Source of the DNA: Eremomyces bilateralis CBS 781.70
Taxonomy: Eukaryota
NCBI GenBank assembly: GCA_010015585.1
Contig: ML975150.1
Direction: 5' to 3' (one strand)
DNA: 40,012 bases
Shown: positions 22,915-34,730 of the stretch, in pieces
Position numbering within the stretch: position 1 is the first letter of the stretch
Layout of the letters: each line of letters opens with the position of its first letter
Program-made: the position numbers and the translations under genes
The notes under the pieces: model-generated
What the model was told of the DNA's origin: nothing
What the model saw: only the letters and a program-made list of their open reading frames with translations
The model's database searches: none

Positions 22915-25895
22915 ATGCCCCCTCGGTGGCTGCTATCAGCAGCTACATCGTGTCTGCTACCGGCTCTCCTGCTAGGAAATTTACCATCTGCATCGGCGGT
23001 ATTCGCGGACGAAGCCTACAAGAGCGATTTTCACCTCTCTCTGATCGGATACCCTCGAAACCCCGACCTTACCTTCTTCCAAGCACCTTACTCCGGCTCC
23101 AAAGGCTCTCTTCTCTACACCGTCACCGACAAGAACGTTATCGCTGCTGTGAACCCAAAGGACGGTTCCACAGTATGGAGGCAACTGCTGGAGCATAACT
23201 CTAGCTCGCCCACTGAATCCTTTTTACGACCCGGCCCTGCGCAGGATGTTGTTGTTTCGGGCAGCGGGCACAAGGTTGAGGCATGGAGCGCGGCGGATGG
23301 GAAGCAGGCCTGGAGGAATGATGTCAAATCCGGCCAAGTCAGAGACGTAGAAGTTCTCCAGATTGAAGAAGGAAAAGAGGGAGCCGAGAAAGATGTGTTG
23401 GCGCTTGTGCAGGACGAGAAGACTTCGATTCTTAAACGACTGAATGGGAAGACAGGCGAGGTTGTCTGGGAAAGCCTGGACACGAGGTATGGCATCTATA
23501 TTGGGTCCTATTTCCATTGCTAAGTCATAGCAGCGGCGACATCCCATTTCAGTTATCCTCCTCCTTAACCACCATTTTTGTCGTGTCATACACATCGACC
23601 CTGATTGGAGGGAACGTCAAGGTCAAGGTTGCATCCTACGATCCCCAGACCGGCCGAAACATCGACAAGCAGACGCTCAGCACGGAAATCGACATCTCCC
23701 ATCCGGAAAACATCTTCGTCGGCGCAAACTCTGCGGCGCCGGTTATCGTGTGGGCTGATACATCGTCCAAGACTTTGAAAGTGAACGTTCTAGGCAGCAA
23801 ATCGATCAGTTCATTCAGCATCGACAGTCCGACCGGTGAGGAAATTCGAGACGTCAGCGTACATGCGCCTCACCAGCCTAATGCGCTACCACATTTTCTT
23901 GTGCATTATCAGACCGGTAAAACCCATTGGGCGGAGGTCTTCCATATCAACGTCAAGAAAGGCAAGGTCACGAAAGCATACGACCTTCCCAAACTCTCTG
24001 GTACGGGCGCTTTCTCAGTAAGCACCATCGATGCAAATGTTTACTTTACAAGAGTTACGGATGATGAGATCATCATCGTCTCATCTGCATCGCATGGTAT
24101 CCTTTCTCGATGGCCGAAGAAGCCGGTGGTTCCAGCCACCCAAAGGCTTGTTCTGCCACATGCGGTCCAGGCATCCTCCGAGGTTGTGGCGAAGCCGGGC
24201 AATACATTTGCCGTGCGCTCCGTTGTGCTCTACTCTGATGGCGACTGGAAGTTGGTCAAGAATGGAGAGGAAGATTGGATCAGGCCGGAAGCACTTGCAT
24301 ATGCGGATGAAGCGGTCTTTGTGGATCCCCCAGAAGATCTCAGCCTTGCCTTGAATCTAGAAGTCGAGGGGCATGAAAACGTTGTGAAGGGCTTTTTCCA
24401 CCGTGCCAAGAGGCATCTACATGACCTACAATCCTTGCCCGCAAGGCTCGAACAGCTTCCACAGCTGGTCCTCGGATCCTTCTTTAAAAAAAGCGAGAGC
24501 ATCCTCGTGCGCGGTAAACGATATGGGTTTGACAAGATCCTTGCGATTGCAACCACAGAAGGCCGGCTTCTCGGACTCGACTTTGCGGAAGGAGGCAAGG
24601 TGATGTGGAACATTAACCTGAAAGCTCTGGATCCTAATGAGCAGTGGTCGCCAGTGAAGCTCGACACAGCTGTGGCGGGGACGATTACTGTTCAAGGCTA
24701 TCAGTCGAAGAAGGTCCTCGAATTCAACGCAACGACTGGACTGCCCCTTACCCCGGAGCAACTCGTCAACCGCGTCGCGGTTGCGACGCCGGAGACTCCG
24801 GCTCGACTATCCGTGTACTACGATTTTTCGGAGATCAACAATGTGGTTCAAGGTTATCAAAGCCCAGATGGCATCGAACGGCAAGAGCTGTGGACATTCC
24901 AGCCGCCGCCTGGCGAGCGCATCATCGTGGTCACGAGTCGAGCTGCACACGACCCCGTCGCATCCATCGGAAGGGTTCTTGGAGATCGGAGAGTCCTTTA
25001 CAAGTATTTGAATCCCAATCTGGTCCTGATCACCAGCGTGTCCGAAGCATCTGGCAAAGCGACATTCACGGTTCTGGACGGCGTTTCGTCCAATGTGTTG
25101 CACACGTCCACCCATGTTGGTGTTGACACATCTCAACCGATCCCAGCTATTCTCTCGGAGAACTGGCTCGCTTACTCATTTACTCTGAACACCTCGTCCT
25201 CCGCAGCATCGGCTAAAGGATCCAGTCTTACGTTCACCGAATTCTACGAGTCATCGATCCCCGATGACCGAGGCCCCCTTGGCGCGTCGGATGAAGTGTC
25301 ATCAGTTGGAAAGAATGACCTATCCCTCCCACACGTTGTCTCTGCAAGTTATCTCATCCCGCACCCCCTCTCCTACCTCACAACGACTTCGACGCTTCAG
25401 GGCATCACCACGCGCTCTTTGTTAGGCATCACTCACTCATCGGACTACCCGACCACCTTATACTCGCTTCCTACCAATGCTCTGTCTGCCCGACGACCCG
25501 TCGGACGAGACCCAACACCTCAGGAGGCAATGGAAGGGCTATCGAGGTATGCTCCTGTCTTCGACCTGGCACCGCCCTGGGCGATCAACCACAAGAGGGA
25601 GATCTGGGGCCTGAAGAAGGTGATTAGCAGCCCTAGCGGGTTGGAGAGCACGAGCTTGGTGTTCGCGTGGGGATTGGATCTGTTTGGAACGGTTACGGCG
25701 CCGAGTGGGACGTTCGATATGCTTGGGGGAGGGTTTGATAAGATCCAGATGCTGATTACTGTGGCGGGATTGTGGGCGGGTGTGTTGGGCGTGGCACCAT
25801 TTGTAAGTCCGTTGAATCGTTTCGGGAGCGCAATTACTGATCATGTTTCATAGGTTCGGCGCAAGCAGATTAATACTCCGTGGCAGATGTCTTGA
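22915..25895 (+). CDS. EMC1: ER membrane protein complex subunit 1; exons 22915-23486, 23534-25802, 25854-25895
   Basis: Signal peptide followed by AVFADEAYKSDFH and PQQ-like WRQ repeats. GRVLGDRRVLYKYLNPN, SENW, LESTSLVFAWGLDLF and PSGTFDML are present, then a C-terminal TM helix. The last exon reads VRRKQINTPWQMS*. Confidence 0.93.
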
Positions 25896-25966
25896 TTATT
25901 CTCCACGCTCTAGTCGACGAGAATATGTACAGTATGCGATGCTAGACACTTGCGAGAGGCATCCGA

Positions 25967-26512
25967 TTACTTTGGAGGCTTTTGGGCCGCCGAATCCTAT
26001 ATCAACAGTCAAACATGCGTTGTATAACAAAAATTTGGCATTATCTGCTCACCAAATAAACCTGATAGAAGTCCATTTTCACCGCATCCCCTTCCTTGAC
26101 CAGGTGCGCTCGAGCGGCCCATTCAACGCCGTTGATCTCTTGCCCGTCCTTCAGCACGTAATCAACCGTGCCATATAGCATCGCCTCCGATGCATTGGAC
26201 CCGTACGGGAAAAGTTTTGCCGCTTTATGGTGCCGCGAACCTATCTTCTCCCACATTCCCTGTCTGAAGGTCTGGATCTCTGTTTTGATTTGCGGTTAAC
26301 GTATGGACGATGGAGCAGGTCACTCTCCCCGTACCTGAGCTTCCAGTGAGCCTCTTCGATGCCATGATCAAAGTAGCGTTCTCCGTGAACTGCTTAACAT
26401 ACTCGTTGTTCGCAGTAGGGTCGTCTGATATCCGATAGAAGTTTTCGAAGAATGCTTGAAAGCTCTCGTCGAATGACACCGGAGCACATTCTATTTTGTA
26501 TGACAGCGCCAT
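25967..26512 (-). CDS. Small SnoaL/NTF2-like fungal protein; exons 26512-26335, 26279-26053, 25996-25967
   Basis: FFENFYRISDDP...YVKQFTENATLIMAS...G|EIQTFRQGMW...MLYGTVDY...EWAARA...KMDFYQVYL|DSAAQKPPK*. Two canonical introns join ORFs 26225..26512 and 26041..26256 in frame. Confidence 0.8.
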
Positions 26513-26891
26513 TGACCAAGATACGCACTCAACGGGTTAGATGACCCATTCGATGTATTCCAATACCGTATCTACGTTTCAAGGCAAGATGGTGTCCATT
26601 TCTATTAATGCGGGGGCGGTTGGAGTCGGAACCCTCGCCTACAAGCTGATCATCGTAATGCGGAGTTAGAGGACATAGGATAATGATGGATCCGTTGCAC
26701 TCGTCTCACCCCACCATCGCATCTCATTCGTAAAGCTCCGTCATCCTGGACTCATATCTCCCACGTCAACCCAATTCCACTTGTTCCGCTCAGCTACCAC
26801 GAATTCCATTCAATTAACGCTCCGACTCCAGAGCCGACATCCTATTCTAGCAAGCGGATTTCCCAGAATCTACCATACGAATACACCAACC

Positions 26892-27815
26892 ATGTCGGAA
26901 TCCAAGCGGCAGAAGCTGTCTTCCGGCAGCAGCCACACCCCCATTTACCATCTCATCTATTGGCCTGACATACCCGGACGCGGCGAATTCGTCCGCCTCG
27001 CATTCGAAGCCGCCGGAACCGCCTACCTGGACGTCAGTAACGCCTCGTCCGCGGGCGTGAAACCCGTCCTGTCCCTCATCTCCGACAAGCACGTCGGTGA
27101 CGATGTGGGCAACCCGCCCATTTTCGCGCCGCCAGCGCTGAAGATCGTTGATGGGAAGGGTGAGGGCAAGGACCTGCTGATTCACCAGACGCCGAATATT
27201 CTGGCGTATTTGGGGGAGCGGTTGGGATTAATCGGGGAGGAGGAAGGGGATAAGTATCATGTTAGTCAAGTGGCCCTGACGGCATTGGATCTCTGTGATG
27301 AGTGCCATGACACACATCATCCGGTGTCTGTGGTGAAGTATTACGCTGGTACACGTCCACGTAGCGGAGACATTGGTTCTATATACTAATCGATTACAGA
27401 GCAAAAGGAGGAGGCATTGAAGAAGGCGGAGGACTTCCGAGCCTCGCGCATTCCGAAGTTCTTTGGATACTTCGAGAGAGTCTTGAAGAGCAATGAGAGC
27501 GAAGCGAAGGGCAAATATCTGGTTGGTAGCAAGCTCACATATGCGGACACAACCGTCTGGCAAGTAGTGAACGGGTAAGTCGATCGTCCGCTCTCATCGT
27601 AAACGCAAGATAGGCTGATGGATGTCTCGCGCAGTGTATCCTATGCTTTCCCGAAGGAAGTGGAAGCGCGGAAGAAGGATTATCCTCTTCTCTTTGAGAC
27701 GTTTTACCCAGGCATCCAAGAAGAGAAGGGCATCAAGCAATATCTTGCGAGCGACCGGAGGCTGTCGTATTCCGATGGCATTTTTAGGCATTACCCCGAG
27801 TTGGATCAGCAGTAA
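26892..27815 (+). CDS. Glutathione S-transferase; exons 26892-27348, 27400-27574, 27635-27815
   Basis: YHLIYWPDIPGRGEFVRLAFE, FAPPAL, QTPNILAYL, HDTHHP, RIPKFFGYFERVL, YLVGSKLTYAD, GIFRHYPELD. Two GT-AG introns preserve frame. Confidence 0.9.
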
Positions 27816-28028
27816 GAGTTCCTAACGGTGAAGCATGACCGCAAAACGGTATTCTGGCGTAGGGGAAGATATAATCCTTCCGTGGAGTCAAGTTTCAATG
27901 GCACAATGACATTAATGGTCAACGTGAAATCGCAATTGAATTGCTTTTTGATAGACACAATGCCTCGCTCTAATCATCGAGGAATACCCATCTCGTCCAT
28001 GACGCCGACCATGTTATGAAGTAACGGC

Positions 28029-28878
28029 CTAATAATCGCTAGCCACAGACTGAGGGAACTCGAAGTTGACACCCTTGCCGGTCAATCGCTTGTAGACCTC
28101 GGAGTAGGTATCGAGCCTGTAATCAACGCCACCACGCTCCTTCTCATCGAGAACCACCTTCAGGAGCTTGCTTCCGTCCTCTCGGGTTCGGACGCGCTTG
28201 CCGACGATCTCAACGGGGTAGACGAGGTCCGTCAGGATGGCGTCGTGAACCGCCGTCAGGGTTCGTGATCGCGGTCGCTGCTGCTTGAGGGCAGTGCGCG
28301 AGCGGTTGGAGCGCTTCGGGCGCGGGAGGATGCGACGCGACGCAATGATGAGGACGTGGCGGTCGGAGAACTTCTTCTCGAGCTCCCGAGTCAAGCTAAG
28401 ACGATATGAGCAAATTGCTAGGCGTAGAGATCAGGGATGTCAATACTTACCGCTGTTGAGACTTGTGCCACAGCCCGAGAATGGGAACGGGGACAAAGAT
28501 GACGATGGCTTTCTTGCCGTGTCCAACCTCGATCTGAAGATTCCTGGTGTCAGCCTTCTGTTGCTGCCCAGTGCCCACCGCCTCTTCGTATTTTTCATCA
28601 TAGGATTCTCCAAACGGGAAGATGCAATAGCATCTACCGATTGCGATGGTCCGGATGAGGGAAATGTATATATTCGGATGTGGACATGACGCTGTCATGG
28701 TATTGGGCTATCTTACCTCGCGTGCCGACACGAATTGAAGAGGCCTCAGGGCGCTCTTCATGTCGGGGATGTTGGACTCCAGATCGTAGAGAGCATTGGC
28801 GATGGTCGTCTCGACCTCGGAGGGGCTGGCCCTCGAGGGGCTGTTCGGCGCGATCTTGTTGAGTGCGGCGGACGACAT
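28029..28878 (-). CDS. RPS7: 40S ribosomal protein S7 (eS7); exons 28878-28717, 28533-28451, 28395-28029
   Basis: [28 protein letters not shown]...[46 protein letters not shown]. Confidence 0.97.
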
Positions 28879-29113
28879 GGTGACGATTTCCGTGCTTCGA
28901 CTTCGATGTGCGGTTCTCAAGATGGATGAAGTTGGAGATTTGAAGTTGTGGGAGGAAAGTTAGCGAGTGGTGTGAACTAGTCCTATTTGGGATTGGAGTC
29001 TTGGCGGGTATAAATATTTCGCTGCCTCACGCTTTTGACTTGGTCGTTGGTGCCTTGTGGCCTGGTTGTCCCTGACAACACAGTAAGGCATCAATATCAC
29101 TGAGATCCTTACC

Positions 29114-31015
29114 ATGTCAACGAATATTCATCCACGAAGCTGTTTCTATTGCTTGGATTCCCCAAGACTTCACAAAATGCCTCCACGACAAGTTTATGGG
29201 CGTCGCCGGAATGCTACCCAGTCGTTTTCGTGGTTTGCAAGAACGAGTCCCGCAAAGCCGACATTGAAGACGACTGAAACCAACACGACCGACGAGGGGG
29301 CAGAGGACCTTGTTGAAAAGCTTGGACGGTTGGGATTGGATAATCCGGTGGACTCTACAACCGAAGGTGGAATAAACGTTGGGCGGAAACCCCTGAAGGC
29401 AATCAACGGAAATACAAAGCTCAAAGACGTCGAGAAACATGCGCAGGACGAAATCAAACCAACGGTGTCGAAGGTGCGAGAAGTCGATACAAAGAAGGCC
29501 CTAGAGATCCCGTCCACCTTGAACACTACCTCAGGGGAATCGAGTGTGGACGTTGAAGATGCCGATTCGAACCGATCTCGATCTCAATCTTTGCACTCGC
29601 GATGTGAGTGTCAGCAAAAAGTGCCTGCCTCAGCGGAATCGAGGCCCCGTTCGCGAAGAAAACGACAACCCAAGACAGTGGAATGTGCCGAAAAATCTTA
29701 TCTATCGCCTTTGTTAGACCTTTGCAGCGACCCCGTTGCACGTCAAGGACCTACTGACTACGCAACGTATGCGGAAACTTTGGAAAAGCATTTCAACATC
29801 GCGAAGATTGCAGAGGCATCGTACGGAGAAGTATACCGGCTGGCGTTGAAATCATCCCTCCCGGGATTTACCGCTGCCGATGAGAGTGTGCTAAAGATTC
29901 TACCCCTGAAACTGCCGCCGTACGAGGGAGAACCGTCCAATATTGAAATCATGAGCGACATTGAAAATGTCGCATCCGAAGTCCGCCTGCTCCAGAGGAT
30001 GACTGACATTCCCGGATTCACGAACTTTCGGGATATTCGCGTCTTGCAAGGTCGACCCCCTGCCCCAATTATCAAAGCCTGGAAAGCGTTTAATAAGGCA
30101 CGGCCGAAGGGTCAAAAGTCGCTATTCCCTGACCCGAGCCGCAAGACCAGTTACTGGGAGAACCAACTGTGGGCAGTCATCGAAATGCAAGATGCTGGAA
30201 CGGACCTTGAGCATGCCAAACTGGATGATATTTGGTCCGTTTGGGATGTATTCTGGGGCGCCACGCTTACTCTCGCCAAAGGTGAGGAAGCTGCCAGATT
30301 TGAGGTAAGGTCTTGTTCATTATTGGGCCATCTACAATGCTAACATTCTTCTCCAAAGCATCGCGACTTTCACCTAGGCAATATCTGTGTCCTACCCACA
30401 TGCCAAAGTGTGGATGACGCCTCTCAACGAATACGGTTGCGGAATCAAAAACTCGGCTTCACAGCCTTACGTGTCACAGTCATCGACTACACATTGTCCC
30501 GGGCGGAATTGTCAGACCCACAAGATCTAGACGAGGAGCCACGCGTGGCATATCTGGATCTCGACAAAGACTCTTACCTGTTTGAGGCGGACAGCACCGA
30601 AGAGTATCAATATGAGATATACCGATACATGCGCGGTGCAGTGTTCCTTGACGACCCGTTGGCGAATTTCAAGAAGAGAAGAAGGGACGCAATGCGGTCA
30701 GGCCGGACGTGGCGTGGATATCATCCACAGTCAAATATTGTGTGGCTGCATTTTATTTTGCATGAGCTGCTGAGACATTTGGAGACTATTGCTGCTACAG
30801 AAGACATCGCATCATCGCAGTTCGACACGGATAACATGGTTGAAATCCAACAAAGTCGTTATTCTCTTTCACAGTCATTGGAAAAAGTCTCTAATCTTTT
30901 GCATCCACGAAATTTTAGGAAGAGCGGCTTACATTCAGCTGGGGACCTTGTTTCGCTTGCGCTTGCTGAGGAATGGCTGGAAGAAGCAGATGTTATCAAT
31001 GGAGTGGCAATCTAG
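29114..31015 (+). CDS. Haspin-family protein kinase; exons 29114 (or 29177)-30304, 30359-31015
   Basis: Long basic, disordered N-terminus. KIAEASYGEVY Gly-loop, VLK, FE|HRDFHLGN across intron 30305-30358, haspin-specific IDYTLSR (in place of DFG), QYEIYRYMR and YHPQSNIVWLHF. Confidence 0.9.
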
Positions 31016-31243
31016 AAGTAATTATTACCGTATATTTGTATTTGAACGGAGACACTGATGACCCTCAACCTTTTCTATCTTCCTCCAGCATTCATCAAAG
31101 GGGGTCGCAATTACCGGCTTGCCCATTTAAACGTGGTGTATGTCATCTTGGTGGGAGTCTATCAGTAGTCACGTAACTGCTAAACCGCCAGATCGACCAG
31201 TGTACTTATATTCGTGGGTATACCCCACAGATTCAGCACTCAA

Positions 31244-31990
31244 TCAAGCCACTCTATCATCACCTTCTTTGACAGGATACGCAATGCCAAAGATTAGAAT
31301 TGCGAGTGTTGCTAGGATTATAACAATAGCTGTAAGCTCTGCAAACATTTGACCAATTCGGCTCACCTTCCATAAGTATATCTGTTTATAAGTTTGGGAA
31401 GGTTGACTCACTAGCGTTCGAGACAGGTCACCTATTCGGACAACTCGGCGATGAATGTAATCCGCTACAAATAGGAGACTGATGCCGAACAAATCTCGCA
31501 ATTGAGTGCCTGCCAGGAGAGCAACCACTGAGAATACATTCGCCAGAGTAACTCTAATTGACTCGGTCCAAGCCGGCTTTGGTCGCGTTTTCGCAAGGAG
31601 AAGGGCGTAAGACAATGATATAGATAGAGATGTGATGAATCCACCCAACTAAGCCAAATCCCCAAAAGGGACGCCCCTACTAGGAATCTAGAAGAAGGGT
31701 AGATAGTATAATGTTCGACAAGTTGTGCTAGTTACCCCAGCCAACAAACGCAATATCGATGGTGATTTGTCGGCTTGTTTTGAAATATGATATCTTATAG
31801 CAAATCGCAGGCAATAGAACACTAGAAAGTCATGAAAGATAGTCCATGAAGGAGTAAAGAACAGATAGTCAGAAAAATGCATGTTCTGGTTCTTCGCCTC
31901 GTGAATCAACGCATAAAACTAGAAGGACCAAAGGAACCCTGACGGAGGGGATGAAGAAGTATGTGATAGACGTGGAGGATCGCACTGTCC
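31244..31990 (-). pseudogene. Probable degenerate membrane-protein gene
   Basis: ORFs 31688..31909 and 31244..31648 share one frame and encode several hydrophobic helices. That frame is broken by TAG at 31921-31919, 31690-31688 and 31651-31649. The region is AT/TpA-rich compared with its neighbours. Confidence 0.4.
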
Positions 31991-33856
31991 TGTTTAGACT
32001 ATTATTAGTTAAAGCGAAGATACCTGCATTCATGCCGGTACGAAATTCGAATTTAACACCGACCAAGCATTACATTGAGGGTAGGAGTACGCTTTAGGAT
32101 GATGTTGGCTCCTATGATCCAGATAAATTACCTACTTGGTAACTTGGTGTTTATGCAGCCATAGCACCTTTTGGAGTCTGGAGGATTCGGGTCCCCCCGA
32201 GTAACCAAAACGGAGGAAATATAGGTATTGCCTTGCAGTGCGTCTGCAATTTAGCAAGGTAAACATTAGGCCGAAGTTGGTTTCTCGGTTCTCCACATGC
32301 ATGGACTGCGGATTCAGATCCGGCATTCGACTGGTCAATAAGACAAGTTCATTTCATTAACTATCATCGGGTTTAGTGAGATTGCCCAATTCTAACGCAT
32401 GTCAAGGAACAAATCAAGTCCACCCCAAAGTCTAGAATTTCCCAACCTCTATTCCGTTACCAATAGTGACAGCATAGATTCGAGTGCTCATTCGAAAATT
32501 TCGTTCCATCATCATACGGAGTGTTCTTAGCTCGTACAGAGAGTGTATTTCCGCCCGCCTCCCGCTAACATATCGGTCTTGGACGTAGGAAACTTAAAGA
32601 TCGACTTGAAACGGTAGGAGAACAGAGTGGTAGGTGCGGAACAACTGTCCTATATGTAGACTAAAAAGGCGTCACTCCAAAGCTCTGATCTTCATCGAGA
32701 TCGAGATCTCAACCGTTTCTAGCCAGAGTCAATAATGGTGCCCTGGCTCTTAGGGATTGAAGTGATCACAACCTAAGGGTTCCTACATCCAATCTGTCCA
32801 AAGTTTGCCTTGACTTGGGTAGATTATAAGTAGGTGACCTTGACGCTGTGATTTGGACTGGTCATATCTTCGCAAGCGGTGAACGGCACATCCTGTTCCG
32901 CAACGTAACACCACAGGTCGATCGTTTCGGACACTGTCCTCTTCCACATGGTTTAAGAGGAGTTTTTTGTGGCTATGGATTGTGACTTCGTACGAAGAGT
33001 CGACGGGTGGGACAAGATAAGAAGAAGCATTGGCATTTGGCATAGTTGTGTTAGCCTTGAGAAACCCAAGCTGCTTCATCCCAACTGAAGTTTGGATACT
33101 TGCGTTTTGTCAAAGCGCATCACTCCCTTTACCTTGATGAGAGGCTCGGATGGCTATCATCAAGTTCGATATTGGCATTTGGCAGCAATGGGAAGACTGA
33201 CGGAAGGGCGTATCACTCGGCTCGTATATAAAAAGGTTGGAGACATTCGTAGTATGGAGTAGGAGCGAACCACAGGCCTGGATCAGTCAGAGGGTGGTCC
33301 TGAAGTCTCCACTAAAGTTTCGGTCTAGCCACTTTGGGGATCAGATTTCCGTGATATCGCATTGTGTCCGTTCAACCCACCCGGCCTACACTTTCGTTTC
33401 TTTCGTTGCTTTTGTTTCTACCTGTTACTCGTTCGTGATGATGGGTTGGAGTCCCAAACGTTGGCTTGGGCCCTTCCATCAAAGAGAGGACTGGACTTGG
33501 TTGTTCTGAACGTTTCGATCCCCTGTCCGTCCGTAATTATACACGCCTTCTGGAATTGGCAACTTGTTGGTGCCTCGCTGTCATATGAACGATCGACTGC
33601 ATGAGAGTCATTGTTGAACATTGAATCTTGACTATATGGGGAGAATTCGAGGATTGTATGCAACACCGGTTCCTGGTACGGTAGTAGAAGCTGAGCCATC
33701 CAGAGCCCTTGTACTTGCAAGCCCCAGGTCCCGAGCGCTCCCCACATCCCGACGAGTTGCCCACTGTGAAATACCTGGATCCGGCATGCACCCCTTATGA
33801 AATCGCATCCACTGTCCCAGCAAATCCTACGCTCGTAACTGTACCGTTTCCTCACC

Positions 33857-34293
33857 ATGTCTAGCACCACCGCCATCGAGCCGGCTGCTGCCACCCTCAT
33901 GACCCTGCTCCGCGACCACGAGGTCCATAGGTCCCGCGCCCCCCTCACCACTCCACAATCTGCTCCGTCGTTGACCCCTCCTGTCGTGTTTGAGGCCCAC
34001 ACTCCAACGTGGCGAAGCGATTACCGCCGCGTTCCGCCTTACCGCCCGCTTAATCGGTCGCTCGAGCACCGATCGCAGCGAACTGTGTACCAGAACGTAG
34101 GGGAACAGGCCTTCGTCAACGTCATGCTGCACGGTGTTTGGCTGAATTCGGTAAGTCTATCTCCAAGGAAGTCATTGATCGCGTGATTTGGCTGACTGTC
34201 TTCCATGAGCAGAACTTGGCACATCTCTGGAGAGCAACGGGGGGGAAGTGGAATGATTCGCTTTTTAGGTACAAGATTGGCGGCGAATGGTAG
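33857..34293 (+). CDS. Small fungal hypothetical protein (~124 aa); exons 33857-34150, 34213-34293
   Basis: CACC-ATG start with coding-like C-rich codons. Intron GTAAGT...GCTGAC...CAG joins HGVWLNS|NLAHLWRATGGKWNDSLFRYKIGGEW*. Confidence 0.7.
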
Positions 34294-34730
34294 TTAGATC
34301 CTCTCGCTGAAGTGTATAGGATGGATATATATTTCGTACTATTGGCATTTAAAGTTATAGAATTTCCTAAAAACAAGCCCAACTGATGCAAATCTTTCTC
34401 CATCAGCCATGCCACCTTGGCGTGAACATATCTTTATAAGGAGAGAAGTTGATCAATACTCAGATCTGCGATCCCATGTCAGCACCTATTCAGAATGAGT
34501 CTCGCGATATTAGGCACCAAACCGAAACCACTATGTTCTACCTTTCCCGAGCAGAGGTCTTTGTCCGGATATGCGGGGAAAATGGGTGACCAACTCATTT
34601 CAGCCATGCACAGACTGGCTGTCCGCCAGCGGAGGTGCTGCCTATTTAATAAACAAGTGACCAGCATCTTCAGCACCGTCATGACCAAGAATTGTCCATG
34701 GAAAGGGACGATTGAAGTACGCAAGCAATC

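Noticed and set aside
30359..30500. Missing DFG and HRDLK motifs suggesting a pseudokinase
   Set aside because: DYT and HRDxHxGN are the normal haspin-family versions.
32783..33604. Several 80-100 aa ORFs between the pseudogene and the small gene
   Set aside because: No motifs, consistent splice structure or coding bias.
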